From: Patescibacteria group bacterium
Lineage (GTDB): Bacteria; Patescibacteriota; Patescibacteriia; PEXW01
Assembly (NCBI GenBank): GCA_041671325.1
Contig: JBAZBR010000002.1
Span: 73,978-137,977, forward strand
Length of the DNA: 64,000 nucleotides
Reading direction: 5' to 3'
Shown: piece by piece, positions 1 to 9,205 of the stretch
Layout: the number at the start of each line of letters is the position of its first letter
How positions within the stretch are numbered: the stretch's first letter is position 1
The notes under the pieces: model-generated
Databases searched by the model: none
The model's input: only the letters and a program-made list of their open reading frames with translations
What the model was told of the DNA's origin: nothing
Translations under genes and position numbers: made by a program

Positions 1-1274
1 AAGGAGAAAAGCCCACAGGCCTTTTTGGCATACCGGTAGCCATAAAAGACAATCTTTGTCTTTTAGGTTCGAAGACTACTGCCGCTTCAAAAATCCTGGA
101 AAATTATGTCTCACCCTACACCGCTACTGCTGTTGAAAAATTATTAGGTGCGGGTGCTGTAATCTTGGGCAAAACTAATTTGGATGAATTTGCCATGGGT
201 TCTTCAACTGAGAATTCGGCTTATAAACCAACAAAGAATCCTTGGAACCTGGAAAGAGTTCCCGGCGGTTCTTCTGGCGGTTCAGCTGCGGCCGTGGCAA
301 GTCAGGAAGCCTTGGTTGCATTGGGCTCTGACACTGGCGGCTCTATCCGCCAGCCAGCCAGTTTTTGCGGACTCGTGGGCTTTAAACCAACCTATGGCCG
401 GGTTTCGCGTTATGGCTTGATTGCCCTGGCTTCTTCTTTAGATCAGATTGGTCCTTTTGCCAGGAACGTCAAAGATGCTTTTAAAGTTTATTCAACCATT
501 ACAGGTCCAGATCCCAATGATCGAACTACGGTTAAAGCACCGCTTTATGATGAAGAAATTTTAAATAAAGGTTTTAAAAATTTGAAAATCGGAATGTTAA
601 GAGACACCTTTATTGAAGGCATGGATGAAGAGGTAACCAAAAAAACCCAAGAAGCCATTAAACTCATGAAAGAAAATAGCGCGGAAATTGTGGAAATTGA
701 AGTGCCACGTGCCAAATTAAGCCTGGCGGTTTACTATATTATCGTCACCAGTGAAGTTTCCTCGAACCTGGCCAGGTATGATGGCATCCGTTACGGTTTG
801 GGCAAGGAATTCAAGGAAGCAGAAAACTTTTTTGACTATACCAAAAGGGTTAGGGCCCAGGGTTTGGGCTTAGAAGCCCAAAGGCGGATTTTATTGGGAA
901 CTTACACCTTGTCAAAAGGTTATGCGGATAAGTATTATCACAAAGCAATTTTGCTCCAAAAAGCCATTGCCAAAGATTTTGCGCAAGCCTTTAAAAAAGT
1001 TGATGTGATTTTTGGACCAACCTCGCCGACGGTAGCCTTTAAGCTTGGAGAAAAATTTGAAGACCCCTTGACCATGTATTTGTCGGATATTTTCACGGAT
1101 CCAGCGAATATCGCCAACCTGCCGGCAATTTCCCTGCCCATTGGCTTTGCCCACCAATTGCCAGTGGGCGGCCAGTTTATGGGGCCCAGATTCAGGGACG
1201 ATTTGGTTTTCCAAGCTGCGGCAGCTTATGAAAACCTCAGCGGGATCGCAAATTTAAGCGCCCCAAAAGTTTAA
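1..1274 (+). CDS. gatA: Glutamyl-tRNA(Gln) amidotransferase subunit A, 5'-truncated by window edge
   Basis: Reading frame is open from position 3 (GEKPTGLFGIPVAIKDNLCL...) and runs into the amidase signature GGSSGGSAAAVAS; GKTNLDEFAMGSS motif; stop at 1274. Confidence 0.9.
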   Translation, partial: GEKPTGLFGIPVAIKDNLCLLGSKTTAASKILENYVSPYTATAVEKLLGAGAVILGKTNLDEFAMGSSTENSAYKPTKNPWNLERVPGGSSGGSAAAVASQEALVALGSDTGGSIRQPASFCGLVGFKPTYGRVSRYGLIALASSLDQIGPFARNVKDAFKVYSTITGPDPNDRTTVKAPLYDEEILNKGFKNLKIGMLRDTFIEGMDEEVTKKTQEAIKLMKENSAEIVEIEVPRAKLSLAVYYIIVTSEVSSNLARYDGIRYGLGKEFKEAENFFDYTKRVRAQGLGLEAQRRILLGTYTLSKGYADKYYHKAILLQKAIAKDFAQAFKKVDVIFGPTSPTVAFKLGEKFEDPLTMYLSDIFTDPANIANLPAISLPIGFAHQLPVGGQFMGPRFRDDLVFQAAAAYENLSGIANLSAPKV

Positions 1275-1279
1275 GAAAT

Positions 1280-1308
1280 TTGCGGGAATGCCTTGAATTA
1301 TGATAAGT
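1280..1308 (+). promoter_or_regulatory. Putative sigma70-like promoter, TTGCGG-N17-ATAAGT with TG upstream (shared ATTATGATAAGTT motif)
   Basis: Same extended -10 string ATTATGATAAGTT recurs at 55806 and 59066 upstream of other genes. Confidence 0.4.
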
Positions 1309-1335
1309 TTTAAGAGTTAGATTAACAAAACATTT

Positions 1336-1713
1336 ATGCCAAAAAGTAAATCCGTGGTTGTCTTGATTGAAGACGACCAAATGATCCGTGAAATGTACCA
1401 AGCCAAGTTTACCAAAGCTGGTTACGAGATCCATGATGCAGCAGATGGGGCTGCGGGTTTGGAACTAGTCAAAAAAATAAAACCCGATATTATCCTGTTG
1501 GATATCATCATGCCGAAAATGGATGGCTTCCAGGTCTTGAAGCAGCTGCGCGAAAATCCGGACTTTCAAAAAACCCCAATCGTCATGCTGACCAACCTTG
1601 GCCAAGAAGAAGACGTGAAAAAGGGCCAGGAGCTGGGTTCAACTGATTATTTCATAAAAACCAACTTTACTCCCTCGGCAATTGTTGATAAAGTCAAATC
1701 CCTTTTAAAATAA
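1336..1713 (+). CDS. Single-domain response regulator (CheY-like receiver)
   Basis: VVLIEDD...DIIMPKMDG...K receiver motifs; 125 aa, no output domain. Confidence 0.85.
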   Translation: MPKSKSVVVLIEDDQMIREMYQAKFTKAGYEIHDAADGAAGLELVKKIKPDIILLDIIMPKMDGFQVLKQLRENPDFQKTPIVMLTNLGQEEDVKKGQELGSTDYFIKTNFTPSAIVDKVKSLLK

Positions 1714-1731
1714 TTAATTTTTTGTAAAGAT

Positions 1732-2328
1732 ATGTCTACACCCCATCCACGCGAAGAGCGAACTTTAGTTTTGGTTAAGCCAGACGGTGTCAAGCGCGGT
1801 TTGATTGGCGAAATCATGCACCGCATTGAACAGCGCGGCCTGAAAATCATTGCTTTAAAAATGATTTGGGCAACCAAACCGGAAATGGACAAGCATTATC
1901 CAAAAGACGAGGCCTGGATCACCCGTTTAGGCGAAAAAACCAAAAAGACCTATGAAAAATACGGCTATGATTTGAAAGGTGAGCTGGGCACTGAAGACTT
2001 GTTGGAAATCGGCAAAATGGTGCGTTCTTGGCTTTTAGATTTTATGACCAGCGGGCCAGTGGTGAAAATGGTAGTCCAGGGCGTGCATGCCGTGGATATG
2101 ATCAGGAAAATAGCTGGGAATACCATGCCGTATTTGGCAGATATGGGTACGGTCAGGGGTGACTATTCCGTTGATTCAGCCGCCGCAGCCAATAAGGAAA
2201 AACGTTCAGTCCATAACATTATGCATGCTTCAGAAACCCCAGAAGAAGCCAAACATGAAATTGCTAACTGGTTTGTGGAAGAGGAAATTCATGCTTATAA
2301 ACGGATTGAAGAAGATATCCAGTTTTAA
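1732..2328 (+). CDS. ndk: Nucleoside diphosphate kinase (long form with insertion)
   Basis: ERTLVLVKPDGVKRGLIGEIMHRIEQRGLKIIALK matches the NDK N-terminus; 198 aa. Confidence 0.8.
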   Translation: MSTPHPREERTLVLVKPDGVKRGLIGEIMHRIEQRGLKIIALKMIWATKPEMDKHYPKDEAWITRLGEKTKKTYEKYGYDLKGELGTEDLLEIGKMVRSWLLDFMTSGPVVKMVVQGVHAVDMIRKIAGNTMPYLADMGTVRGDYSVDSAAAANKEKRSVHNIMHASETPEEAKHEIANWFVEEEIHAYKRIEEDIQF

Positions 2329-2352
2329 ATAATAGATTCAAAAAAGCGCCAT

Positions 2353-2386
2353 TCTCTCAAAAGTGGCGCTTTTTTAATTAGAAATG
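2353..2386 (+). terminator. Rho-independent terminator after ndk
   Basis: AGCGCCA...TGGCGCT hairpin followed by TTTTT. Confidence 0.7.
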
Positions 2387-2448
2387 TAAGTTTAAAAAGG
2401 TTGAAATATTCTCAGGTTTTTTTCAGTATATAAGAGTATCTTATAAAT

Positions 2449-3123
2449 ATGCGTATTTTAGTCATTGAAGACGACCATAAAATTGCCAATGCTATTAAAA
2501 AGGGCTTGGAACAAGAACGCTTTGCCGTGGATGTTTCTTATGATGGTAGGGAAAAGTTGGGTTCAGTATTGCTGAATAAATATGATTTAATTATCTTGGA
2601 TCGGATGTTGCCTGGCACTGATGGTATCAAGATTTGCCAAATGTTAAGGCAGGAAAAGAACAACATTCCAATATTGATTTTGACGGCTAAGGATAAATTA
2701 CGAGATAAAATCGAAGGCTTAAATGCCGGAGCTGATGATTATTTAATTAAGCCTTTTGCTTTTGAGGAGCTTTTAGCCAGGGTTCGGGCTTTGTTAAGAC
2801 GGCCAGAAAAAGCCCTTGATAATATTTTGAAAATCAGTGATTTGGAGCTGAATCGATTGACCTTTGAAGTGAAAAGAAACGGAAGAAAAATTGAATTATC
2901 CAGTAAGGAATTTGCTTTATTGGAATATTTAATGAGGAATCCCGGCCGGATATTGACCAAAGATAATATAATTTCCCATGTTTGGGATTATGATGCGGAT
3001 ATTTTGCCAAATACCGTTGAGGTCTACATTGGCTATTTACGGAATAAAATTGATAAGCCCTTTCCTGACCTTCCGCAATTAATTAAAACCAGCCGAGGTT
3101 TTGGCTATAAGCTTGAAAATTGA
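2449..3123 (+). CDS. OmpR-family two-component response regulator
   Basis: Receiver domain (ILVIEDD, DLIILDRMLPGTDG) plus winged-helix C-terminus (GYKLEN end typical of OmpR family). Confidence 0.9.
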   Translation: MRILVIEDDHKIANAIKKGLEQERFAVDVSYDGREKLGSVLLNKYDLIILDRMLPGTDGIKICQMLRQEKNNIPILILTAKDKLRDKIEGLNAGADDYLIKPFAFEELLARVRALLRRPEKALDNILKISDLELNRLTFEVKRNGRKIELSSKEFALLEYLMRNPGRILTKDNIISHVWDYDADILPNTVEVYIGYLRNKIDKPFPDLPQLIKTSRGFGYKLEN

Positions 3124-3127
3124 AAAT

Positions 3128-4162
3128 ATGCATTTCTACAAGATGAAAATTAATTTAACTTATTTAAAGTTATCCTCATTTTACGTTTTGATTATCATGT
3201 TAATCAGCGCGTCTTTTAGTCTTGCGATTTTTAAAATATCATCAAATGAGCTAAATCGCGGTTTGGATCGGCAAGCTGGAGTATTTAGAGGTTTGCCACC
3301 AGGCAGCTTTTTAACAAACCCCTTCCAAGACATGGAAAATATTCGTATCCAACAATTGCACGAAAGCAACGATAAATTAAAGCTTAATTTATTATATTTT
3401 AACCTGTTAATTTTAGCCCTTTCTTCTGGTCTAAGTTATTTTTGGGCCAGACGAACCATGAGACCAATTGAAGAGGCTATGGAATCGCAAAACCGTTTTA
3501 CAGCTGATGCTTCACATGAATTGCGGACGCCTTTAACTGCCATGCGCACGGAAATTGAAGTCAATCTTCGTAATGGCGAACTCAGCTCTCACGAGGCTAA
3601 AAAGTTATTAGCTAGCAACTTAGAGGAAATCAGTAAGCTTGAGACCCTTTCCAGTGCACTTTTAAAACTTGCCAACCAAAATGGGCAAGTCAATTTTGAG
3701 TTTGGCAAGGTGTCTGTGGAAGAAGTTATTGCCGAAGCATATTCGAAGATTGAAAGTTTAGCCAAGAAAAAGTTAATTGAGTTTGAAAATAGCTTTCAGA
3801 ATTTATTTGTGAGGGGTGATAAAGCAGGATTAACTGAATTATTTATCATTTTATTAGATAACGCCATTAAATATAGTCAGGAAAAATCAAAAATTTTTAT
3901 TATAATAGAAGAGGAAAAAGACCAAGCAATAATCAAAATTAAAGACCAAGGTATTGGCATCAAGGCTTCTGATTTGCCATATATTTTTAACCGTTTTTAC
4001 CGAGCTGATACTTCGCGCTCAAAGAATAAAGTAGACGGTTATGGCCTAGGGCTTTCTATCGCTAAAAGAATTGCGGAAATGCATAAAGGAAAAATTTCAG
4101 TTGAGAGCCAGGTTGGCCAAGGTTCGACTTTTACCATAGAAATTCCTTTAGTACACAATTAA
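3128..4162 (+). CDS. Sensor histidine kinase (two TM segments, short extracytoplasmic loop, HisKA + HATPase_c)
   Basis: H-box FTADASHELRTPLTAM; G-boxes DQGIGI, GYGLGLSIAKRI; start chosen at ATG 3128 just after the RR stop (the track ORF starts at 3101 overlapping the RR). Confidence 0.85.
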   Translation: MHFYKMKINLTYLKLSSFYVLIIMLISASFSLAIFKISSNELNRGLDRQAGVFRGLPPGSFLTNPFQDMENIRIQQLHESNDKLKLNLLYFNLLILALSSGLSYFWARRTMRPIEEAMESQNRFTADASHELRTPLTAMRTEIEVNLRNGELSSHEAKKLLASNLEEISKLETLSSALLKLANQNGQVNFEFGKVSVEEVIAEAYSKIESLAKKKLIEFENSFQNLFVRGDKAGLTELFIILLDNAIKYSQEKSKIFIIIEEEKDQAIIKIKDQGIGIKASDLPYIFNRFYRADTSRSKNKVDGYGLGLSIAKRIAEMHKGKISVESQVGQGSTFTIEIPLVHN

Positions 4163-4225
4163 GCTTATTCTAAGCTAAAAGATTTAAAATTTAATTAGTA
4201 TTGAATTGTTAATTAGTATCAAAAT

Positions 4226-5557
4226 ATGAGTGTATTAAATCGGGGTATAAAAAACGCTTTTAGAAACAACATCCGAACAGCTTCAATAACTTTGATTTTG
4301 GGCATTGCTATTGCTTTAAGTTTAATCATGTTGTTATCTCTAAAAACCGTTCAAGCTAGGATTGAAAATGTGAAAAGCAGTATAGGGAATACAATCGCGG
4401 TTACGCCTGCCGGGATTCGTGGTTTTGAGGGTGGCGGAGAATTATTATCTAAAACAGACGTAGAAAATTTAGCTTCAATACCAAATATCAAGAAAATTTC
4501 ACAGACCCTAAGTGACCGTTTGGAAAGTCAAAATACCAATCTTAAGTCAGCTATTGAGGCCGGAACTTTTGGCAGGCGAATTCAGCAAGAAGCTAATGAT
4601 TTACCTGAACTCCCCAGGGAAATTACCATGCCAATCATGGTCACTGGCACAAATGATTTAACCTCAACTTCAAGTTTGAATGTCAGTAAATTAGACATCA
4701 CTTCTGGGTCCGTCTTTGATGTAAATACCGATCAAAATATTGCGCTTATAGGTACGGATTTAGCTACAAAGAACAACTTAAAAGTTGATTCTACTTTTAA
4801 AGCTTACAATAAAGACATCAAGGTCGTGGGTATTTTTGATGGGGGAAATACTTTTGCCAATGCAACCCTATTTATGCCTCTGAAAGCTCTACAAAATTTA
4901 ACTAGCCAAACTGACCAAATTTCTAACCTAATTGTCCAAACGGATTCGATTGAAAGCGTTGCCAGCGTTGAAACTGCCCTAAAGTCAAAATTGGGCGATA
5001 AAGTTGATATTGTCTCCCAACAAGATTCTTCCGTCCAAGCCATTGAACCTCTACAAAATATTAAAACCATTTCCACCTATAGCCTTATTGGCGCTTTGAT
5101 TGCTGGTTCAGTAATCATTTTTCTAGCTATGTTAATGATTGTCAGAGAAAGACGGAGAGAGATCGGGGTATTAAAAGCCATTGGCTCATCAAATATCAAA
5201 ATTGTTTCGCAGTTTACTGTCGAGGCAATGGTTTTAACCTTAATGAGCAGTGTTATAGGCGTGATTTTGGGTTTTATTTTCAGTAATCCAGTCTTGAATA
5301 TGTTGGTGACAAATAGTCAAAGCAATCCTACTTCAGTAAGCGCTTCAGGTCGTGGATTTGGCGGTGCCGTAATGAGGATAGGGGGAGGCGTAATGCCAGG
5401 AATCCAAAATACCCTAAGGGACATTCATGCGGTAGTTGGTTATGACATAATCCTTTATGGTTTACTAGCGGCGATTTTGATTGCCATAATTGGCAGCGCA
5501 ATTCCAGCCTTTTTTATCGCCAAAATCCGGCCAGCCGAAGTAATGCGTTCTGAATAA
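4226..5557 (+). CDS. ABC transporter permease, FtsX/MacB-type (N-terminal TM, large extracytoplasmic domain, 3 C-terminal TM)
   Basis: FtsX-like region IGVLKAIGSSNIKIVSQFTVEAM; topology by hydrophobicity. Confidence 0.8.
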   Translation: MSVLNRGIKNAFRNNIRTASITLILGIAIALSLIMLLSLKTVQARIENVKSSIGNTIAVTPAGIRGFEGGGELLSKTDVENLASIPNIKKISQTLSDRLESQNTNLKSAIEAGTFGRRIQQEANDLPELPREITMPIMVTGTNDLTSTSSLNVSKLDITSGSVFDVNTDQNIALIGTDLATKNNLKVDSTFKAYNKDIKVVGIFDGGNTFANATLFMPLKALQNLTSQTDQISNLIVQTDSIESVASVETALKSKLGDKVDIVSQQDSSVQAIEPLQNIKTISTYSLIGALIAGSVIIFLAMLMIVRERRREIGVLKAIGSSNIKIVSQFTVEAMVLTLMSSVIGVILGFIFSNPVLNMLVTNSQSNPTSVSASGRGFGGAVMRIGGGVMPGIQNTLRDIHAVVGYDIILYGLLAAILIAIIGSAIPAFFIAKIRPAEVMRSE

Positions 5558-5569
5558 TTAATTATCCAT

Positions 5570-6238
5570 ATGCTAAAAGTCAAAAATATTTCAAAAATTT
5601 TCCAAAGTGGCGATCGTCAAGTTAAGGCGGTGGCCGGAGTCAGTTTAGAGGTCCCGGGTGGAATTTTTTCTGTGATTATCGGCAAAAGCGGGAGCGGGAA
5701 AAGCACTCTACTTTCGTTGTTAGGTGCTTTGGATAAGCCAAGTTCTGGGGAAATAGAGGTAGAAGGAGAAAATATCACCAAAATGGGCGACCGGAAATTA
5801 ATTCAATACCGACGCGAAAAGATTGGTTTTATTTTTCAAAATTACAACCTAATTCCCAATTTAAGCGCTTTAGAAAACGTCATGTTACCAATGGAATTTT
5901 CCGGAATTGATCATAAACACCGGAAAAATCGTGCTGCTAAGTTGCTGGAGCAAGTCGGTATAACCAAGGATAAATTCCACCGTAAACCCAGCCGTTTATC
6001 CGGGGGTGAGCAGCAGCGAGTGGCCATAGCCCGGGCATTAGCAAACAAACCAAAGTTAATTTTAGCAGATGAGCCTACTGGTAATTTAGACAGCGCCACG
6101 GGTAAGATTATCGTTGGTTTACTCAAGCATTTGGCCCAAACCGAAGACGCCACAATTATTGCGGTTACCCACGATGATGGAATTGCGAATGAAGCAAAAC
6201 TTACTTTCCATTTAAAAGACGGTAAGTTAGCTGCTTAA
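5570..6238 (+). CDS. ABC transporter ATP-binding protein (MacB/LolD-like)
   Basis: Walker [10 protein letters not shown], signature [15 protein letters not shown], Walker [12 protein letters not shown]. Confidence 0.9.
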   Translation: MLKVKNISKIFQSGDRQVKAVAGVSLEVPGGIFSVIIGKSGSGKSTLLSLLGALDKPSSGEIEVEGENITKMGDRKLIQYRREKIGFIFQNYNLIPNLSALENVMLPMEFSGIDHKHRKNRAAKLLEQVGITKDKFHRKPSRLSGGEQQRVAIARALANKPKLILADEPTGNLDSATGKIIVGLLKHLAQTEDATIIAVTHDDGIANEAKLTFHLKDGKLAA

Positions 6239-6239
6239 T

Positions 6240-6316
6240 TGGTCGGGGTAGTGGGACTTGAACCCACGACCTCATGCACCCCATGCATGCGCGCTAGCCA
6301 ACTGCGCCATACCCCG
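6240..6316 (-). tRNA. tRNA-Pro (anticodon GGG)
   Basis: Manual cloverleaf on the minus strand: acceptor CGGGGTA/TACCCCG, D-arm GCGC, anticodon stem CATGC/GCATG with loop ATGGGGT, T-arm GTGGG-TTCAAGT-CCCAC, 3' ACCA encoded. Confidence 0.7.
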
Positions 6317-6349
6317 ATAATGGATACAGTTTAACAACTTTAAGAAAAA

Positions 6350-6384
6350 TAACAAAAGCACTGGGTTAACTCCAGTGCTTTTGA
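6350..6384. terminator. Bidirectional rho-independent terminator
   Basis: AAAAGCACTGG-GTTAACT-CCAGTGCTTTT flanked by A and T tracts. Confidence 0.7.
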
Positions 6385-6385
6385 A

Positions 6386-6958
6386 TTAGCAATAACCTTT
6401 CAGTTTGGATGCCACGAAGGCCAAGGTGTCCCAAAGGCAAAAGGTTATAAAATGATCAAGTTGTTTTTGCGAGCCGCTACCGTATTCAGAAGGTGCTTTG
6501 ATGACATAAATCTTTATGCCAGTGTTTGCCCAGCGTTTCTTAAAAGTTGCCCTCACGCGGCGGGCGTGCCATTGCTGGGCAACAATAATTGCGCTATGCC
6601 AGCCATGTTCTTGGAGAATCTGTAGGGTCAAATCAGCGTTAAGGTAGGTCTGTTTGCTTTGAGTTTCCAAAAACACTTTTTCAGGATCCAAAACCTGTCT
6701 AGCAATCAGAGCATGCATTAACTCAGCTTCAGTTAAACCTTGATTTAAACGATAGCCTCCGCATAAAAGAATGTTTTTAGCTTTATCGTCGTTGAATATT
6801 TCCAAGGCTTTTTGCGCTACTGAAGCTGAATATGGACTGGCATTTTTGCCATCCTTGCTAACATCGATACCTACCGCAATTACCACATCAGCTTGGGCTG
6901 GCAAATCATCGTCTTTGGTAAGGAATTTTCCCTCAAAACATTTCCAAAATTTGTTCAA
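6386..6958 (-). CDS. DUF218/YdcF-family protein
   Basis: VVIAVG...ILLCGGY...TEAELM pattern typical of DUF218 (ElyC/SanA/YdcF). Confidence 0.6.
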   Translation of the reverse strand: MNKFWKCFEGKFLTKDDDLPAQADVVIAVGIDVSKDGKNASPYSASVAQKALEIFNDDKAKNILLCGGYRLNQGLTEAELMHALIARQVLDPEKVFLETQSKQTYLNADLTLQILQEHGWHSAIIVAQQWHARRVRATFKKRWANTGIKIYVIKAPSEYGSGSQKQLDHFITFCLWDTLAFVASKLKGYC

Positions 6959-7081
6959 TTTTCAACCCCCATTTTAGTTTTTTGTTTTATAGAACTTTAT
7001 ATCAATATCCTAAAAAGTCAAGATATATCATTTTTGATTCTTTGGATTAATGGTGGATAAAACAATAGTTCTTGACATAAA

Positions 7082-7110
7082 CAATAAACCATTCTAAGGT
7101 ATTGTATTAA
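7082..7110 (+). promoter_or_regulatory. Putative promoter TTGACA-N17-TAAGGT
   Basis: Consensus -35, 17-nt spacer, -10 resembling the recurrent ATAAGT/TAAGTT element. Confidence 0.4.
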
Positions 7111-7158
7111 AAATAAATGTAAAAAACCGAGACTTTAACAGTCAGTTTGGAGGTAAAA

Positions 7159-7536
7159 ATGGATATTGAGAATTTAAAAGAATTCTTTGCTGGAATTACT
7201 CTCAAGGAATCAAAGCAGGCAATGTCAGAACTTCATCGAAGATTGGACCAGATAATTGTGGAGTTAGTGAGTGCGCTACCCAAAGAGCTGCAGGATAAAT
7301 ACGGAAACTGGGATGCGGTATCTAATCTGGTGTACAATGGTGGCTGCGAATTTTGGATTTTTGAGGATGTCGGCTTGGATATTTCTCCAGCGACGAAGAA
7401 AGAATGGTTTCAAAAGGCTCGAATACTGTTACAACCAGTATTGGACGCCTGGCAACCATTCGGTATCAAGCTTGAAAAAATCAACTTTCTTCAAGCTAAC
7501 GATGGCCTGATTATTGCCCATTTGGTTGTGAAATAG
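7159..7536 (+). CDS. Hypothetical protein
   Basis: ATG 7159 preceded by GGAGG at 5 nt (the track ORF starts at a TTG 12 nt upstream); no recognizable motifs. Confidence 0.6.
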   Translation: MDIENLKEFFAGITLKESKQAMSELHRRLDQIIVELVSALPKELQDKYGNWDAVSNLVYNGGCEFWIFEDVGLDISPATKKEWFQKARILLQPVLDAWQPFGIKLEKINFLQANDGLIIAHLVVK

Positions 7537-7562
7537 ACCAGTAGACAAAGAGCCTTTATATA

Positions 7563-7598
7563 AACCTGTTAGGAATGGATATTCTTAGCAGGTTTTTT
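7563..7598 (+). terminator. Rho-independent terminator
   Basis: AACCTGTTAGG...CTTAGCAGGTT hairpin (2 G-U pairs) followed by TTTTTT. Confidence 0.65.
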
Positions 7599-7704
7599 AA
7601 TTTTGTATAAAAAAGCGACCAAGGTCGCCTTTACATCCTTATATTGTTTTTGTTAAGATGTTTTGAAAGTTCATTAACAAACCCTTTAACCTCGGGAGAA
7701 AACT

Positions 7705-8445
7705 GTGGAAGACAAGAAAGAAATTGAAAGTCCGCCTGGACGGTGCTTACTCACACGGGATAAGGCAATAGAGCATTGGAAGGCTGGCAATATCGTAATT
7801 TACCCCTACAATCTGCTCAACCACCAGACTACTTCCTATGACGCACGGCTTGGGAAATGGTATTTCCGGGAACAGCGTTTTCGAGGTTCCCGTGCCGTTT
7901 TAAATCCATTCAGCAAAGCCGACGTCGAGAAGTATTGGGGCGAAGCCCAACAGGCTGTCAGAGCGGCTGAGTGGATGGAAGAAAACGGCAAACTTGAAAA
8001 AATCCATCCAGATGACTTAATTATCGTGATTGGTCCGGGTGAGACAATTCTTGCTCATACCTTTGAATTCATTGGCGGACGCAACTGCGTTTCCACGGAA
8101 ATGCGAGCTAGAAGCTCCATTGGCCGAGTTGGTACGACAGTATGTAAATGCGCCGGTTGGGGCGACTTGGGTTATGTAAACCGCTGGACCATGGAAATGA
8201 CCAATCACTTGACTGAACTTTCAATTGTTTTGCCGGTCGGCATGCGTATAGCCCAAATGATTTTTTATCAGGTCGATCCAATTGAAGGGCTGACATACGC
8301 AACCGAAGGGGGGAAATATCAATCGACGGATGATGTCAAGGAAATGATTAGGTCTTGGAAACCAGAGGATATGATCCCCAAGTTATACAAGGATCGAGAC
8401 ATTGATCACTTTAGAGAGTACATTGACGTTCCTTTGCCAGAATAA
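7705..8445 (+). CDS. dcd: dCTP deaminase (Dcd/dUTPase fold) with ~60-aa C-terminal extension
   Basis: Collinear with E. coli Dcd: LLTRDKAIEHW / SYDARLG / HPDDLIIVIGPGETILAHTFEFI / ARSSIGRVG / GWGDLGY. Confidence 0.7.
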   Translation: MEDKKEIESPPGRCLLTRDKAIEHWKAGNIVIYPYNLLNHQTTSYDARLGKWYFREQRFRGSRAVLNPFSKADVEKYWGEAQQAVRAAEWMEENGKLEKIHPDDLIIVIGPGETILAHTFEFIGGRNCVSTEMRARSSIGRVGTTVCKCAGWGDLGYVNRWTMEMTNHLTELSIVLPVGMRIAQMIFYQVDPIEGLTYATEGGKYQSTDDVKEMIRSWKPEDMIPKLYKDRDIDHFREYIDVPLPE

Positions 8446-8455
8446 TCAGTAAATC

Positions 8456-8487
8456 AAAAAGGACGGGTCGAAATCCGCCCTTTTTTT
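8456..8487. terminator. Bidirectional terminator between dcd and the Nudix gene
   Basis: AAAAA-GGACGGG...CCGCCC-TTTTTTT. Confidence 0.6.
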
Positions 8488-8950
8488 AATTACTTTGACT
8501 TTTAATTTCATGTTTAAGAATAGTATCCTTATCCTTAAACAAAAATTTTCCTTCCACATTCTTACCTTCCAAAACTAAAGGTAACCAATATGGATCATCC
8601 GGCCACATATCAGTAAAGGGAATTTGGTTATGTTTGAACCATTGGGGTTTCATTTCCTCAGTTTCTTTAGGTTCGCCAAGATATTTATCACTACTAAACA
8701 AATGCACCTCCAAAATATCTGTTTGACCCTCGAATTCAAAAGTTAAGATACCTCGAAATTTTAAATCCAAAATTTGGATATTGGCTTCTTCAAACATTTC
8801 ACGCTTGGCCGCTTCCATAATTGTTTCACCAGGGCGGACCTTGCCGCCAAAACCATTCCAGCGATTAACACCAAAGCCGCGCTTCTTCATGCCCAAAAGG
8901 ATTTGATCGGGGCTATAGATCAAGCATAAGGTTTGTAGAATGGCGGCCAT
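8486..8950 (-). CDS. Nudix hydrolase (MutT-like)
   Basis: Nudix box GGKVRPGETIMEAAKREMFEEANI. Confidence 0.85.
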   Translation of the reverse strand: MAAILQTLCLIYSPDQILLGMKKRGFGVNRWNGFGGKVRPGETIMEAAKREMFEEANIQILDLKFRGILTFEFEGQTDILEVHLFSSDKYLGEPKETEEMKPQWFKHNQIPFTDMWPDDPYWLPLVLEGKNVEGKFLFKDKDTILKHEIKSQSN

Positions 8951-8959
8951 ATTTAAAGA

Positions 8960-9145
8960 TTATTTTGCTTTGACCGCCTTTTTCATTTCATTCTTAATGC
9001 AGGAAGTGCAGGCCACAACTCTTTTGCCGTCTTTAAATAAGGTTTGCAAATTAATCTTTTGGCGTTTTATTGATTTTTTCTTGGAATAGCAGACTTGGTT
9101 TGCCTTTAACGAACCGCGGCCGCAAATGGAACAATTCTTTGTCAT
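8960..9145 (-). CDS. rpmB: 50S ribosomal protein L28
   Basis: MTKNCSICGRGSLKANQV...NLQ...KRVVACTSCIK matches the bL28 zinc-ribbon pattern; start taken at the internal ATG (the track ORF starts at a TTG at 9202). Confidence 0.7.
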   Translation of the reverse strand: MTKNCSICGRGSLKANQVCYSKKKSIKRQKINLQTLFKDGKRVVACTSCIKNEMKKAVKAK

Positions 9146-9205
9146 AAGGTATGATATTAGTGTAGTGTAAGAAAAGTTAACATATAATTCTATTATTGAC
9201 AAGAT

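Noticed and set aside
184-420. Numerous antisense or out-of-frame ORFs inside gatA, fusA, tuf, P-type ATPase, secY and other genes
   Set aside because: They are fully nested within strongly supported homologous CDSs and are typical shadow ORFs.
7705-8445. dCTP deaminase as a nucleotide-depletion antiphage defense gene
   Set aside because: The protein is collinear with housekeeping Dcd over its whole catalytic domain and lacks the N-terminal kinase-like domain seen in defensive dCTP deaminases. Nudix and other housekeeping genes are adjacent, so the defense idea stays a low-probability alternative.
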